A stretch of 64,000 bases of DNA from NCBI GenBank assembly GCA_951406725.2, contig OX597814.1, forward strand, positions 110,732,001 through 110,796,000. The letters are read 5' to 3'. Position 1 is the stretch's first letter. Each line of letters starts with the position of its first letter. The notes below the pieces were generated by a model, which was not told the origin of the DNA, ran no database searches, and saw only the letters and a list, made by a program, of their open reading frames with translations. Of the stretch, positions 37,208 through 49,901 are shown piece after piece. Made by a program: the position numbers and the translations under genes. The DNA is from Octopus vulgaris. Its lineage: Eukaryota.

Positions 37208-37578
37208 TATCATCATCATCATTGTCGTTGTTTAACATCTGTTTTCCATGCTGGCATGGGTTGGACAGTTTGACTGAGGACTGGTGAGCCAGAGGCTGCA
37301 CCAGGCTCAATCTGATCTGGTAAAGTTTCTACAGCCTGATGCCCTTCCTAACGCCAACCACACCGAGGGTGTAGTGGGTGCTTTTTATGTGTCAGCGGCA
37401 CAAGGGCCAGTCAGATGGTACTTGCAATGACCACGCTCAAAAGGTGTTTTTTTACATGCTACCTGCACAGGAGCCAGTCTGGCGTCACTGGCAATGACCA
37501 CACTTGAATGTTGTCTTTCACGTACCACTGGCACATGTGCCGGTAAGGATACACTGCCAACGACCACGCTTGAATGTT
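37208..37578 (-). mobile_element. RTE 3'UTR fragment (family C)
   Basis: Family C motifs and tandem units. Confidence 0.85.
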
Positions 37579-38058
37579 GACTCATAGATAACTAAAACAA
37601 TTGGTGAAGGCATGTTACATGCTACTGAGTCATACTTGGTTGTTTGCTTGTAAGTGATGGTTAAGCTTTGTGTGTATGTGTGAGATATCTATAGGTGAGT
37701 TGGCAGAATTGCTAGCATTCCAGGTGAAAAGCTTAGCAGTATATCATCTGTCATTACATGTTGAGTTCAAATCCTACCGAGGTCAATTGAGCCTTTCGTC
37801 CTTTCAGGGTTTATAAAATATGTACCAGTTGAGCACTGGGGTCGATGTAACTTAACTATCCCATTGTATGAGTATATAAAAAACTGCGTCTAACTGCCAT
37901 GTTAAGCCAGTGTGGCAGAGTAGATTCATCAAACCAGTAAGATCTCAAACTCAGATTCTCAGCCTCCTCATTAGACTGTGGTTTGTGGAGAGAACTTGTT
38001 GAGGTCTTCACCCTGCAGTGAACTGAACATAGGCAATTCAATCCAATATATATATATA

Positions 38059-38564
38059 CTAGCAGTATCGCCCGGCGTTGCTCGGGTTTGTAAGGGAAAT
38101 AACTATATAAGCATTTTTAGAGAGTTACTTCCCTTATAAATTCGGGCTTTCTTAGCCATTTTTGTTTTGGTGTCTTCAAGCCATGAAGTCGTTGTTCTAA
38201 AAGAACGCTGGTTTCCTTCACAACGCATTACGACGTTGACTTCTTTACACTCCCTTCCCCACAGCTTCACAAGGGAAGGAAGGGGGAGAAGCAAACAGGT
38301 GCAGGTGTGACCATGGACGCCAACTCCGCCGCCATCGACACACGATGCATTTTATGCATTAAAATGGAATAAAAAATGATGTTAAATTATTTTTAAAATC
38401 GTAGACTCATCGTAGACGCGCGCTAATACCCAGACGGGCTCGATATGAATCACGACTATAAGATACCCGAATTTGGTTAAACTGCACCGCAAAATGTGGG
38501 AGGAGTTAGGAATCTAAATCGAAGGGGACAGACACTCACACAACTAGAGTTTTATATATATAGA
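38059..38564 (-). mobile_element. non-autonomous Helitron, young
   Basis: Minus strand A|TCTATATATA..CCCGAGCAACGCCGGGCGATACTGCTAG|T; CpG-rich. Confidence 0.9.
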
Positions 38565-39214
38565 TATGCATATGTACATTGATTTTCCACATTTTCTGCT
38601 TGTACTGTGAACCTTATCCACTCCAAGTAATGAGATAATTATTCCAAGTAATCTAATATCATATGTTAGTATGGAAGGTTTGTGCAGTTTGAAATAGTAA
38701 TTAATAAGTTTCATAAAAAAAAAAAAAAATGATAAGAGTAAGATTTTAATGTGTTTGAATGTTTCTGAGTTTAGAACAGACCAGTTCGCTATGCTAAAAA
38801 TGTAAGAAAATAAACAAATTTTTTTTTTTATTGGAACTGGTCAAAATGAGTTACTGTTTTGGGTATTTATTTAGTTAAGCATGTTTTTGGTATTGAGACA
38901 AGATAAATGAGAAGTTGTGCTTGAAGTTGATGTTGTGTTAATGCAAGAGAGGTTAAAGAATGTCTACCTGCAATGGTTTCTAAGTTGTGTAAGCTGTGAT
39001 GGCTTGTGGCTGTAAGTTATGCATCCATTTGCATATTCATGTAACTTGTCAAAGTTGGTTTTGTGTAGAGAGAAAAGAGAGGTGTAACTTGTGATAGTTG
39101 TTGATAATACTACAAACGTCTTATGGTTAATAAAGCTGTTAACTCTTGATGTATCATGGCTGAATTTACATAATTTCTCCACTGGCAATGTAATTAATAG
39201 GTGAAGGTGTATGG

Positions 39215-39712
39215 CAGGGGTGAGGAAACCCCCACTCATGGGTGCAATTGCGCCTGCGAGCACATTCTATTGTGCCCATGGGCCAATATACTTGTATGTA
39301 CAAAATATAACTTATTCAATTATAAAATTTATACAATATTTATATGCCTATTTTGACATAGGTCACATTTCTACTGCAACTTAAGATGGCTAGACTCGAA
39401 CAGAAAATTGTCCGGTAATTGCCATTTGAATGGAAATTTTGCTTTCACTATAAAACATATATTACTAGGTTTGTACCACCCCCTTGTGACCCAACTACAT
39501 TAGCATAAGTAATATAAATGTCCTAAATTCAGTGGCGGTGTTAATGAAGATGTTACGTGTTAATTGAATGTGTTAAACTTATCTTTATTAATGTATATCA
39601 AATTATACATACAAGATTTACACAGATATAAGAATTAGAACTTCTGATCCGCCCAAGGACCATTTTCTTTGGAAATTTTTACCTGCCGCACTAAAATGTT
39701 TCCCCACCCCTG
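39215..39712. mobile_element. hAT MITE inserted in the head of a family D SINE
   Basis: TIR CAGGGGTGAGGAAAC / GTTTCCCCACCCCTG; TSD GTGTATGG/ATGTATGG; SINE resumes CCTAATGGTTAGGG at 39721. Confidence 0.85.
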
Positions 39713-40327
39713 ATGTATGGCCTAATGGTTAGGGTATTGGACTCACAACCACAGGGTCAGGATTTCAATTCCTGGAGTGGGTGATGTGTTGTGTTTTTCA
39801 GCAAAACACTTCATTTCACATTTTTCCAGTCTACTCAGCTGTAAATGACAGCCTTTTGTTCTGTTCAGTGGGTAGTAATTACCTTGGCCACTTTCTTGCC
39901 ATGGAAATTTGGTAACTGGCCCTATAAGTCCTTGGACTTCAGGCAGTGGTGTCCAAGGTTTGACAATGATGATGAATGTGATTAGTGATAGTATTAGTCT
40001 GTAGAGAAGCTGTATCCTGGCCAGTAAATTGTGCTTCAGTTATTGGACTGCATTGCTGTTGGTTGCTGCTATAAGGACCAGGTGAAACTGTTGTGGCAGG
40101 GCTCTGAGAAACAAAAATGTTCTATTGAGGTGGGAGCTGTTTGATGTTGTTAAAAGTGCTGTCGGTTGCTGGTGATGAAAGCCAAATGAGAAGTGACTGA
40201 CTGAACTTCTCGAAGAGTCTGTAGAGAAATGAAAGAGAAAATTATTTTGTGGTAGTGTATGTTCGGAACAAGCATTTGTTTTGTGTTAACTTCTTCTATA
40301 ACTTTTGTTTCTGTAGTTGTTGTAGAT

Positions 40328-40970
40328 GAAGGTGCATGGCTTTGGTGATTAAGGTGTTGTGCTCACAACTGTAAGGTCATGGTTTTGATTTCTGGACTCG
40401 GCGGTGTACTGTATTCTCGAACAAAAGTTACAGGCATGGCTGTGTGGAAAGAAGCCTACTTCCCAGCCACATGGTTCAGGGTTCATTCCCACTGTGTGGC
40501 ACTTTGGCCAGATGTCTTCTACCAAAGCCTTGTAAGTGGATTTTGTAGACAGAAACTGAAAGAAGCCCATTCTATTTGTGTGTGTGTGTTTGTCCTGCAT
40601 CACCACTTGGCAACAAGTGTTGGTTTGTTTACATCCCTATAACCTAGTGGTTTAGTAAAAGAAATTGATAGAATAAATATCAGGCTTAAAAAATAAAAAG
40701 TACTGGGGTTGATTTGTTTGACTAAAATTTCTCCAAGGCAGTACCCTAGCATGGCCACAGTCTAATGATTGAAACAAGTAAAAGATAAAAAAGACTTTAT
40801 TTTATGTTTCTCCAGCCCATTCATCTGTAAATGAGTCCCAGCAATAGATGGGGAGTTAACCCTTTGAATGACTGGCATCCCATCCAAAGTGTAATGTTGT
40901 AATTTTAGTCACTTCTATGCCACAGAACCTGTGTCATACTCTGGTCTTATGAACCATAGGGCTCATAACA
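40328..40970 (+). mobile_element. family D SINE interrupted by a family A SINE (~40425-40792)
   Basis: D head 40328-40424; D body resumes ACTTTATTTTATGTTTCTCCAG after the A tail. Confidence 0.65.
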
Positions 40971-42001
40971 AATCTATGTAAATGGTAGTAAGAATGATCT
41001 AAATCTTTGGTGCCAGATCATTCTTGGAAAAAAACTGTGTTCAAAAGATAACAGCTTCAATGGCAGGTCTTTCTTTTTCACAAGAATGACGATGGTAATT
41101 GTCACCATCATCACATTAGCAAATGTGGTAATATAATCCTGCTGATTCTGTAGTCAATAAATAGCTAGGGTATTGATCAATTCTTAATTAAAACAGCTAC
41201 AAATAAAATCAGTGGGTGTGAGACCACATCACTGGTCCACCATGAATATAGTTTTCTCTTTTATCACAAGTGAATCAGTACACAAGCACTTACCTTGTTT
41301 CTTGTGTAGAAAATTTTGATAAATTTGCATCGTGTTTTGTGTTCATTAATAGTTCTAGATAATTAGTATTCTAGTCAGCATACTAGAATATCTCTTTGAC
41401 TAAAAGCAATTAGAAATGACATCTGCACAAAAAATGTTATGTTAGTACCATCATATTTTGTGTAAAAGGAGAAAAAAAAATCTAATCTATTAATAATACT
41501 TATGTTGCGAGAAGAAAACTCTGTGACTAATATTATTTGAATCATATTTTGGCAAGTAGGGGTGACCACTCAAGATGTGTTTTGGTCTTATTAAACCTCC
41601 TCATCAAAGCATGGATTCCACTGTACTTGCCAGATTATCAATCATAATGAATGGAGCAAAATTACTCAGACATCAATTATATTTTTTCCTAAGTTGACTG
41701 TTAAAATATCAGCTTGTTTGGTAATTAGTAATATTTTAATTGACAACCCTTAATCATTTATGCCCTTATTTGTAATCTTTTGGATGCTTGGGTTAGTTAA
41801 TTTCTTGTTGGCTTGTACTGACGGTTGTATATAAATATATGCTTATGTATTTCAATTATTTGGAGTCAGTCATTAAAGTAACTATAGCATTATTAATTGG
41901 TATTTGGAATATGATATGTAAAACTGTTGAAACTGGGATTGATCTTTCACCTGTTGAGCTTTAATGTTAGCAATCAATGATGAAAGTTTGGTGGATATTA
42001 A

Positions 42002-42198
42002 TCCTTTTCTTACCATATTTCTGTTGAAATACTCTGGCTTTATCTCAGTTAATTTTGAAAATTATGTAGAATTTAGTAAGCTGACTTTGTCATTATTGTG
42101 TTGGATGTAAATTAATATGAAACATTTAGATCAGCTTAAAACAAGAAGCTTTTATTATAGAACCAGGGTTGGCACTGGGTGGGCTGGTATCAAAAAGG
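42002..42198. mobile_element. piggyBac-like MITE (family 1), diverged
   Basis: TTAA-TCCTTTTCTTACC..GGTATCAAAAAGG-TTA. Confidence 0.6.
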
Positions 42199-42277
42199 TT
42201 ATCAGGACACCTTAATATGAGTGGTTGGGAGCAATTTGGTAGCCCTTCGTAGGCTGGTATTTAAGAGGGTTAATAAA

Positions 42278-42548
42278 TTGTGATCGTTACCAGCATTGCC
42301 TTTCTGGCACCTGTGCCGGTGGCATGTGTTAAAGATTTGAGCGAGGTCGTTGCCAGTACCGCCTGACTGGCCCCGTGCCGGTGGCACGTAAAAGCACTCA
42401 CTACACTCTCAGAATGGTTGGCTTTAGGAAGGGCATCCAGCTGTAGAAACTGCCAGATCAGAGTGGAGCCTGGTGCAGCCATCTGGTTCGCCAACCCTCA
42501 GTCAATCGTCCAACCCATGCTAGCATGGAAAGTGGACGTTAAACGATG
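42278..42548 (+). mobile_element. RTE 3'UTR fragment (family C)
   Basis: Family C motifs. Confidence 0.85.
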
Positions 42549-43104
42549 AATATTTATCATTAAATGAAACTTATTAAAATTGTTACATTACATAGAAAGT
42601 TTCTCTTTATACAGACATGGCAGTATAACTAAGGAGTTTGCTTTATAATCATGTGGTTTCAAGTTCTAACTTAATGCCTGGCACCTTGGGCCATATAGTC
42701 TCCTATAGACTTAGGCTAACCAATGCTTTGTCATTGGAATTGGTAGATGTAAACTATGGGAACCTAGTATTTATGTACATAGGTGTGCTGTTGTTGGCAA
42801 TTCATGGCTTTGGCTGTCTCTGGCTTAGTGAAATGGTAACGTAATATTCCTTGTTGACAATACAACCAATTGCTCTGTACTTTCAAAAACCTGTGGAATT
42901 AAAAAATTCTTTTTCAAATAAATTTCGTCCAAATCATGCTAGCATGGGTTTAATGGGGAATGGAAGCAACAAATATTAAACAAATGGTCTGTATACTAAA
43001 TTGTACAGTCTTTTAGCTCTCAAATAATACCACAATCCTCTCCCTCTTGATATAGTTAATTTCTTCCTATGATCCCAGTGTTCTGTGTGACATTTCTTCC
43101 TATA

Positions 43105-43327
43105 CTGCCCACAAGGGGCTACACACAGAGGGGACAAACAAGGATAGACAAACGGATTAAGTTGATTATATTGACCCCAGTGCGTAACTGGTACTTATTT
43201 AATCGACTCCGAAAGGATGAAAGGCAAAGTTGACTTCGGTGGAATTTGAACTCAGAACGTAGCAGCAGATGAAATATCGCTAAGCATTTCGCCCAACATG
43301 CTAACGTTTCTGCCAGTTTGCCGCCTT
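43105..43327 (-). mobile_element. tRNA-derived SINE family B
   Basis: GAGTTCAAATTCC B-box; GCCTTTCATCCTTTCGGRGTCGAT central domain (resembles the MetaSINE domain, from recollection). Confidence 0.85.
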
Positions 43328-44057
43328 ATCAATCTTGAGCCAATATACCATTTGATCTCACTCCTTTTCTCAAGCAGTAGATAAACTTATAAATGAGAAG
43401 TGCTGTATATACTGCATAGAATATACTCCACTGAAAGTAAATTAAGTCTTTTTAATAATATTGCTTTTCAGAAATTACATTGTGGCTTTTTTTTTTCTTC
43501 ATTATTATTACCACCATCTTACTCTGATTTTCTCATTCTTTATTCTGTACACCTTTTGACTATTGAAGACATTAGCGACGAGAATCGGCATATATTAACC
43601 CTATGCTGTCTGCTGTCTATTTCTCATTGTTGAGGTTATGTGGTAAAGGTCAGTCAGGTGTGTAGGAGGTGATTGCTGATGTAAACATACAGCTGTTGCA
43701 TTTCTGCCCATTTTCTATTGATTATAGACTTGTCTTTTGAAACAGACGGACAGAGTTTACATGTGACAGCACCAGCACTTGATCTGCATTTAATAAAGGA
43801 AGTTGTATCAGCTTTGAAAGTTACGTAGACTTTCTTAGGAGTGGAGAGAGCATATTATTAAGGTCATGAATGGCGACTAAAGAACTTCGACGAAAACTAG
43901 CTGATTGATTGTCTGAACAATTAATCAAACCATTGATTAGTTAATTGACTAAATAGTTAACCAATTGACAGATTAAAAAAAAAGTAAAGAAGTGGAATAG
44001 AACCAGTATGTGTTTAAAATGGAGTAGTTACGGTGAAGCATTGTGTGATATTATATT

Positions 44058-44288
44058 TATTTCTTTACTACCCACAAGGAGCTAAACACAGGGGACAAAC
44101 AAGGACGGACAAACGGATTAAGTCGATTACATTGACCCCAGTGTGAAACTGGTACTTTATTTATTGACCCCGAAAGGATGAAAGGCAAAGTCGACATCGG
44201 CGGAATTTGAACTCAGAACGTAACAACAAACAAAATACCGCTAAGCATTTTGCCCGGTGTGCTAACAATTCTACCAGCTCACTGCCTT
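44058..44288 (-). mobile_element. SINE family B with 18-bp TSD
   Basis: TSD ATTGTGTGATATTATATT at 44040-44057 and 44289-44306. Confidence 0.9.
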
Positions 44289-44320
44289 ATTGTGTGATAT
44301 TATATTAAGGAAACTTTGTG

Positions 44321-44570
44321 GGTAAGGCCGGAAGAACTTGAGATAAGATATAAAGTAAACTACAAAAAGAAAACAAAACAAGAGTTTTTACCTTATATTT
44401 CTGCATTTTGAAGTTATGAAATGTGGACAAGCAACATGTCCACATGTTCTGAAGAAGGGGTCATAACCCTGAAATGTATAAAGTAAAACTCCAACTTTGT
44501 TTTGCTTTCTGTTTGTAGTTGTCTCTTCTTGACTTGTTTCGGCTTTATCCAATAAGTTTCTTCAAAGTAT
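44321..44570. mobile_element. diverged foldback element, Penelope-like
   Basis: 44321-44402 imperfectly complementary to 44469-44550; internal 9-bp hairpin 44421-44445; hammerhead core. Confidence 0.55.
44447..44482 (+). ncRNA. minimal hammerhead core
   Basis: CTGAAGA-AGGG-gtcataa-CCCT-GAAA-TgtA-TA; stem I reduced to 2 bp. Confidence 0.55.
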
Positions 44571-45543
44571 GTGTGCTAATTATTGATGTAACGACCCTCC
44601 CAAAATAGAACAAAATGTATGATATATATTTGCTCGTACATTTTTATGTCCATTTTTCCATGTCAGCATGGGTTAGATGAATATATTGAGGTATTGTTTT
44701 ATAGCTAAATGCCCTTCCTGTTGCTAACTTTTGTTTTTTCAAGTAAGGAGTTTTTTCCTTTTTCCTTTTTTTTCCAATAGTCGTCAGAGGTGTGAAGCAA
44801 GTGAATGATTTGTTGCTAGGTGAAATCATTGTTCAGACTGACTTTTGTAGATTACCAAGTTAAACCTGCACACATGTACACATGCATAAAAACAATGGTT
44901 TCTTTCAGTTGCTATCCACCAAACTCAAGTGTTTGTGTTGGCCAAGGTCACTTTGCCAAGGTATTGTGCTATAGAACTGAATCTATGTGGTTGGGAAGCA
45001 GATCACATCGTTCATCATTTAACGTCCGTTTTCCATGCTAGCATGGGTTGGACGGTTCAACTGGGGTCTGGGAAGCCAGAAGGCTGCACCAGGCTCCAGT
45101 CTGATATGGCAGTGTTTCTACAGCTGGATGCCCTTCCTAACGCCAACCACTCCGTGAGTGTAGTGGGTTTACTAATTCTTCATCCTAGTCTTTTACTTGG
45201 TACAGTCATTGGACTCCAATAGTGCTGAGATATGACCTTAATTATATACAATCACTGGACTACCTGTGACCTGTTGGATCACTGACAGTTCAGGTTATAA
45301 AACATTGAAGCTGATTCCAACACTGCATTGAAACGAAGATTAATTTTATGATGAGTAAGTTAAATATTTCAATTCATTTATGTCATCATAGGTTTGGTCT
45401 ACAAGTTCATGTTCAAGGTTTCATTGATTATGTAGAGCATCTAATAAAAACAGAACTTCTGGGAAAAGCTTGAACTCCAGTAACAGTATTTATTTATGGC
45501 ATATGTGCACACTTCTACGAAATTGCAAAATGAATTGTTATAT

Positions 45544-46111
45544 TAGAAAACCACTATTCTTAAATCTCACAATGAGCGATATTCAGCAACAGTACTTTGT
45601 AGTAAAGATTGTTTGCCAACATAACATGGCAGTCCTGGTTTAGGACGAATGTTGCTGTAATTTAGCCCCAGAAGACGACATCTTCAGCTGGCTATACAAC
45701 ACGATCTGTGTCCTAAACCAGGACTGCTGTATTATGGTGGCAAACAATCTTTACTCCAAAGTACTGTTGCTGAATATCTCTCATTGTGAGATTTAAAGAT
45801 AGTAATTTTCTAATTTATAAATCAGTGACTAGTTGTCACTTTGAAAACTATATATTTTGAACAGGAATTTGGCAGTGCCACCTCTAGCCAAACAATTATT
45901 CTGTGCTGATGAAGGAAAATAACTCAGAAATTGCGATACACAGATATTGTTTTGAGCTGAGTGGGGATGCTAGATTCCCTTGTTCGAAAATATAAGGACA
46001 GATCATGTCGTACAGCCAGCTGGAGACGATGTCTCTTGGGGCTAAATTACAGCAACATTAATCCTAAACCAGGACTGCCATGTTATGTTGGCAAACAATC
46101 TTTACTACAGT
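45544..46111 (+). mobile_element. retrozyme or Penelope pLTR-like element: inverted partial copy plus ~1.15 tandem 351-nt units
   Basis: CCTAAACCAGGACTGC at 45712 and 46063; inverted arm 45542-45712; candidate TSD ATTGTTATAT at 45534-45543 and 46112-46121; hammerhead inside. Confidence 0.8.
45890..45952 (+). ncRNA. type I hammerhead ribozyme motif
   Basis: Stem I AAACAAT..TCTGTG / CACAGA..ATTGTTT; core CTGATGA 45906-45912; GAAA 45927-45930; near-palindromic stem III A-TTGCGA-T; ATA triplet ending 45938; stem II weak. Confidence 0.75.
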
Positions 46112-47407
46112 ATTGTTATATAATGTAAACATAAAATTAATGGAAACAATTTTCCCATTTCATGGTTATGTTACTTTCAGAGTATCTTCCCATTATGTGC
46201 CATTTTGGCTATTTATGAAGGTCCCCCCCCAAAAAAAAAATCTGCGTATCTCAGGAATCTGTGGTCTGGTTTATGTGAAACTTGTTTTATTCCATTTGTA
46301 GTCACATTTCAGGGGTGCCTTACTTTCATAGTATTTCCCCCATTATGCGCTGGTTTGGCTGTATTAAATTGCAGACAAGCATGCACACAAGCAAGCAAAG
46401 AGTTTTAGTAGTATATAGATTAAGGCCAATGTCTGGTCTCCATACTGGATCACCCACACACTCACACACACACATGATCATTAGAAATACCTTGTTTACT
46501 GTCAGTTTTCTTTTCCATAAACACTAGTGAATTAGAATAGATTTCTTTAGAGAAATAGTGAGAGTTGAAAGTTTAAAAATAAAACCAAGTCATCAATAGA
46601 TAGATGCACATACATCAATTTAGCACGGTTAATGAGGTATTTTTAATTGACATACAAAGAGAAAAGGCTTGGCTGATAACCAATGGAAGTCACCTCGAAA
46701 TGGAAATGGGTATTTCGAGATTTTCTTTTGTATAGTTATTTCATCAATCACTGAATTAGTGAGCCTGGTTCAGTTTTGAGAGTGGTCAGCAAATTTAGCC
46801 ATTGTAGGAACATTATTATCATCATTTGTTTTCTATGCTGGCATGGGTTGGAATGGTTTGACAAGAAGCTAGCAAGCTAAAGAGCTGCAATTGTCTGTTT
46901 AGGTATGGTTTCTACCTTCCTAAACTTGGATGCCCTTCCTGGTACCAACCACTTTACAGAGCGTACTGGGTGCTTTTTTTGTGTGCTACCAGTACTGACA
47001 AACTCTAAATGTATTCTGGAATATCATATTAACCCTAGGTCAGTCCTGGTACAGCAGACCTGTATTTGGTGTTTTGAACTGTGTTTTTTTCTTCTATTTA
47101 TGAATGATTACATTGTCTTAAAAAAAAAAGAAAAAAAAACCATATTGGACAAAGTTTAAATGGAGGATATTTAGCTGTGACTTTTAGCTGATTAAGTAAC
47201 TGCTTATAGGCTCTCTTTTTGGGTTATTGGATTTGGAAGTTTTACCAAAGTCTTTTTGTAACTGGTCTTATGTTGAATTATCTAACTAATGGTGTGTGTG
47301 GGGGCAATGACACAATAAATTATAAAATACATTTCATCAAAAGACGCTTATGTAATTGTTTGACCTGAAATGGGTAATATTTTATAGGATAATTATAATT
47401 ATAGTGA

Positions 47408-47998
47408 TTATTATTATTATTTTTTTTTTCCTTCTTTCTTCACATTTTTTTCCATTTCTCGCCAAGTGTTTTCTGTACACTTAGGGCAGAGAAGCTCATT
47501 GTATGCATTCCCAGATTACACACGCAAATTCACAAGTAAAATATGTATTTAAAAAAATTAATAAACAAATAAATTCATGAATGGATGTTGTTTTCACAGT
47601 GATAATGCTCTTCTCAGTACATTAGCCATTCCAGTTAACATGACTTTTTGCACTTCCTGTAGGGATGGTAAGCCTGGTATCATTTTCAAACAGGTTTCTG
47701 TACCTTTTTTATCATTCCTAGAGATCCTACAATCACTGGTACTGTAGTCACCTTGAGATGCCACATTTTTTCAATTTCTATTAGCAAGTCTTTATATTTA
47801 CTGATTTTGTCAAATTCTTTCACTGCTATATTGTGATCGCAAGGAATACTTGTCAATTAATAAACACACCTTTTTTGTCTGATCTTTTATAATAATATCC
47901 GGTTTATTAGCTTTTGTAGTTTTGCCGGTATGTATGGGGAAGTCCTAGAGAATCGACACATTCTCTCCCTCAGTCACAGCTTCAGGATGGTGTTTATG
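47408..47998 (-). mobile_element. 3' end of an R4/Dong-clade non-LTR retrotransposon (restriction-like endonuclease, decayed)
   Basis: Manual translation HPEAVTEGENVSIL*DFPIHT..ANKPDIIIKD..CLLID/SIPCDHNIAVKEFDKISKYKDLLIEIEKMW..VPVIVGSLGMIKK..LQEVQKVMLTGMANVLRRALSL* (stop 47594-47596); 3'UTR then A-run and (TAA)n. Confidence 0.85.
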
Positions 47999-48137
47999 TT
48001 GTTGTTGTTGCTGTTGCAGCTGCAGCAGCAATAGGCTGCCTTTTTTCCTGTTGTACTTAGTATACTGTGGCTATCTACCTGTTCCTGTTTTGAATATAAC
48101 TGGAGCCTACCCTAACTATCCAAGCAACATACTTACT

Positions 48138-48150
48138 GCTACTGCTGCTG

Positions 48151-48211
<61 letters not shown>
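48138..48211. repeat. (CTG/CTA)n microsatellite
   Basis: Direct reading. Confidence 0.95.
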
Positions 48212-48479
48212 ATATCCTTGAAGCTGTATCCCATTTTATTATCCAAAGAAATTTTGAGTTATTTGAAAATAGAATGTTGTAGATCCGGACATGGCTGTGT
48301 GGTTAAGAAGTTTGTTTTGCAAAATGGATGTTAAATGGAAATGATGATGTGGTTTTAAGTTCAGTTCCAGTTTGCAGATCCTTGAGTGAGTGGTTTCTGT
48401 TATAACCCCCAGAACAACCAGAGTCTTGTGAGTGAATTTCGTTGATTGAAACTTAAAAAGATGCCTGTTGTGTGTGTGT

Positions 48480-48876
48480 GTGTGGTAAGGAGCTTGCTCC
48501 CCAACTGCATGGTTCCAGGTACAGTCCCCCTGTGTAGCACCACGAGCAAGTGTCTTCTATTATAGCCCCAGGCCAACCAAAGCTTTGTGAGTGGATTTGG
48601 TAGACAAAAACTGAAAGAAGCCTGTCATATATATATATATCTATATTTATCTATGAGTGTTTGCCTTTGTTTGTTCCCCACCATCACTTGACTTCCAGTG
48701 TTGGTGTGTTTACATCCCTGTAACTTAGCACTTTGGCAAAAGTGACAGACAAAATAAATGCCAGGCTTTACAAAAAAATTATGTACAGGAGTTAAATCAT
48801 TCAGCTAAAATTCTTCATGGCAGTGCCCCCAGTATAGCTGCAGTCTAATGACTGAAACAAGTACAAGATAAAAGAT
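48480..48876 (+). mobile_element. SINE family A, preceded by another partial A head (~48285-48480)
   Basis: Head, core and tail. Confidence 0.8.
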
Positions 48877-49901
48877 ATATATATATATATATGAATAAAT
48901 AAATGGAGTTTAACACAGGTGTAAATCAAATATTTTTACTTTCGACATGTTTTGAAAATTCCACTGATACTATATATAGTGAATGTGCCTCCTTACATAT
49001 TGTGCTAATTGCTAGGAAATATCAGTGTCAATCAAACTGTTATTTGTTTGAACTCAGACAAAAAAAAGAAAAAACACCTGGACTAGAGCACAGTATCTCC
49101 TTGCTTCAAAACAGGTGAGAGTTGGTGACAGGAAGAGCACTCAGTTGTAGAAAATCTATTTCTATGAGTTTCATCCGACCCAGACAATCATGGGAAAATG
49201 GATGTTAAATGATGTTGGTGATGATCTTTCATTTTACTATCTAGTTGTCTGAATGTAAAATATGAGTAATTGTGGTAGTTAATAGTGGGAGGATAATAAT
49301 GGTTTATGGTAGTGGTGATTGTAATGGTGGCCATAGTCATCGCAGTGATAATAATGCTGTTCAGACTTATTGGAAAAAGATTTACTTCATTTGCATAGAA
49401 AGCAAAACCTCGAAAATAAAAATCCTAATTGCACACTGCATTAGTAGCAGTTGACCCACCGATAAAGATCAATGAACTGTTGTGAAACCACAGCAGTTGT
49501 TATACAAAACCGCACAAACTAGTTTTTCACTTCTGCAAGAATTGTGTATTGTTGGTGTTGTGCCAAATGTGACTTGGCAGATCTATACAACCTTATGTTG
49601 GCATCGAAACGTTTGTTAAAATAATGTCCCTATATCCATTGAATGTCATTGTATAGGTAAATATTTTAGTGCTGTTTCACTAGATTTCCTCAATAAGTGG
49701 ATAACTATCCAATTATGATGTGTTAGAATAGTAACTGTGTAATTCCCTTTATGTAGCTTTTCCAGCTTGACTGGGTACTTACTGGGATTTAAGCTAATAA
49801 ATCGTCATTTAACGCCCATTTTTCCATGCTTGCATGGGTCAGGCAGAATTTGTTACCAACCCTTACTTGTTTCTAAGCAAGGTAATATTTCTCCATGGAC
49901 A

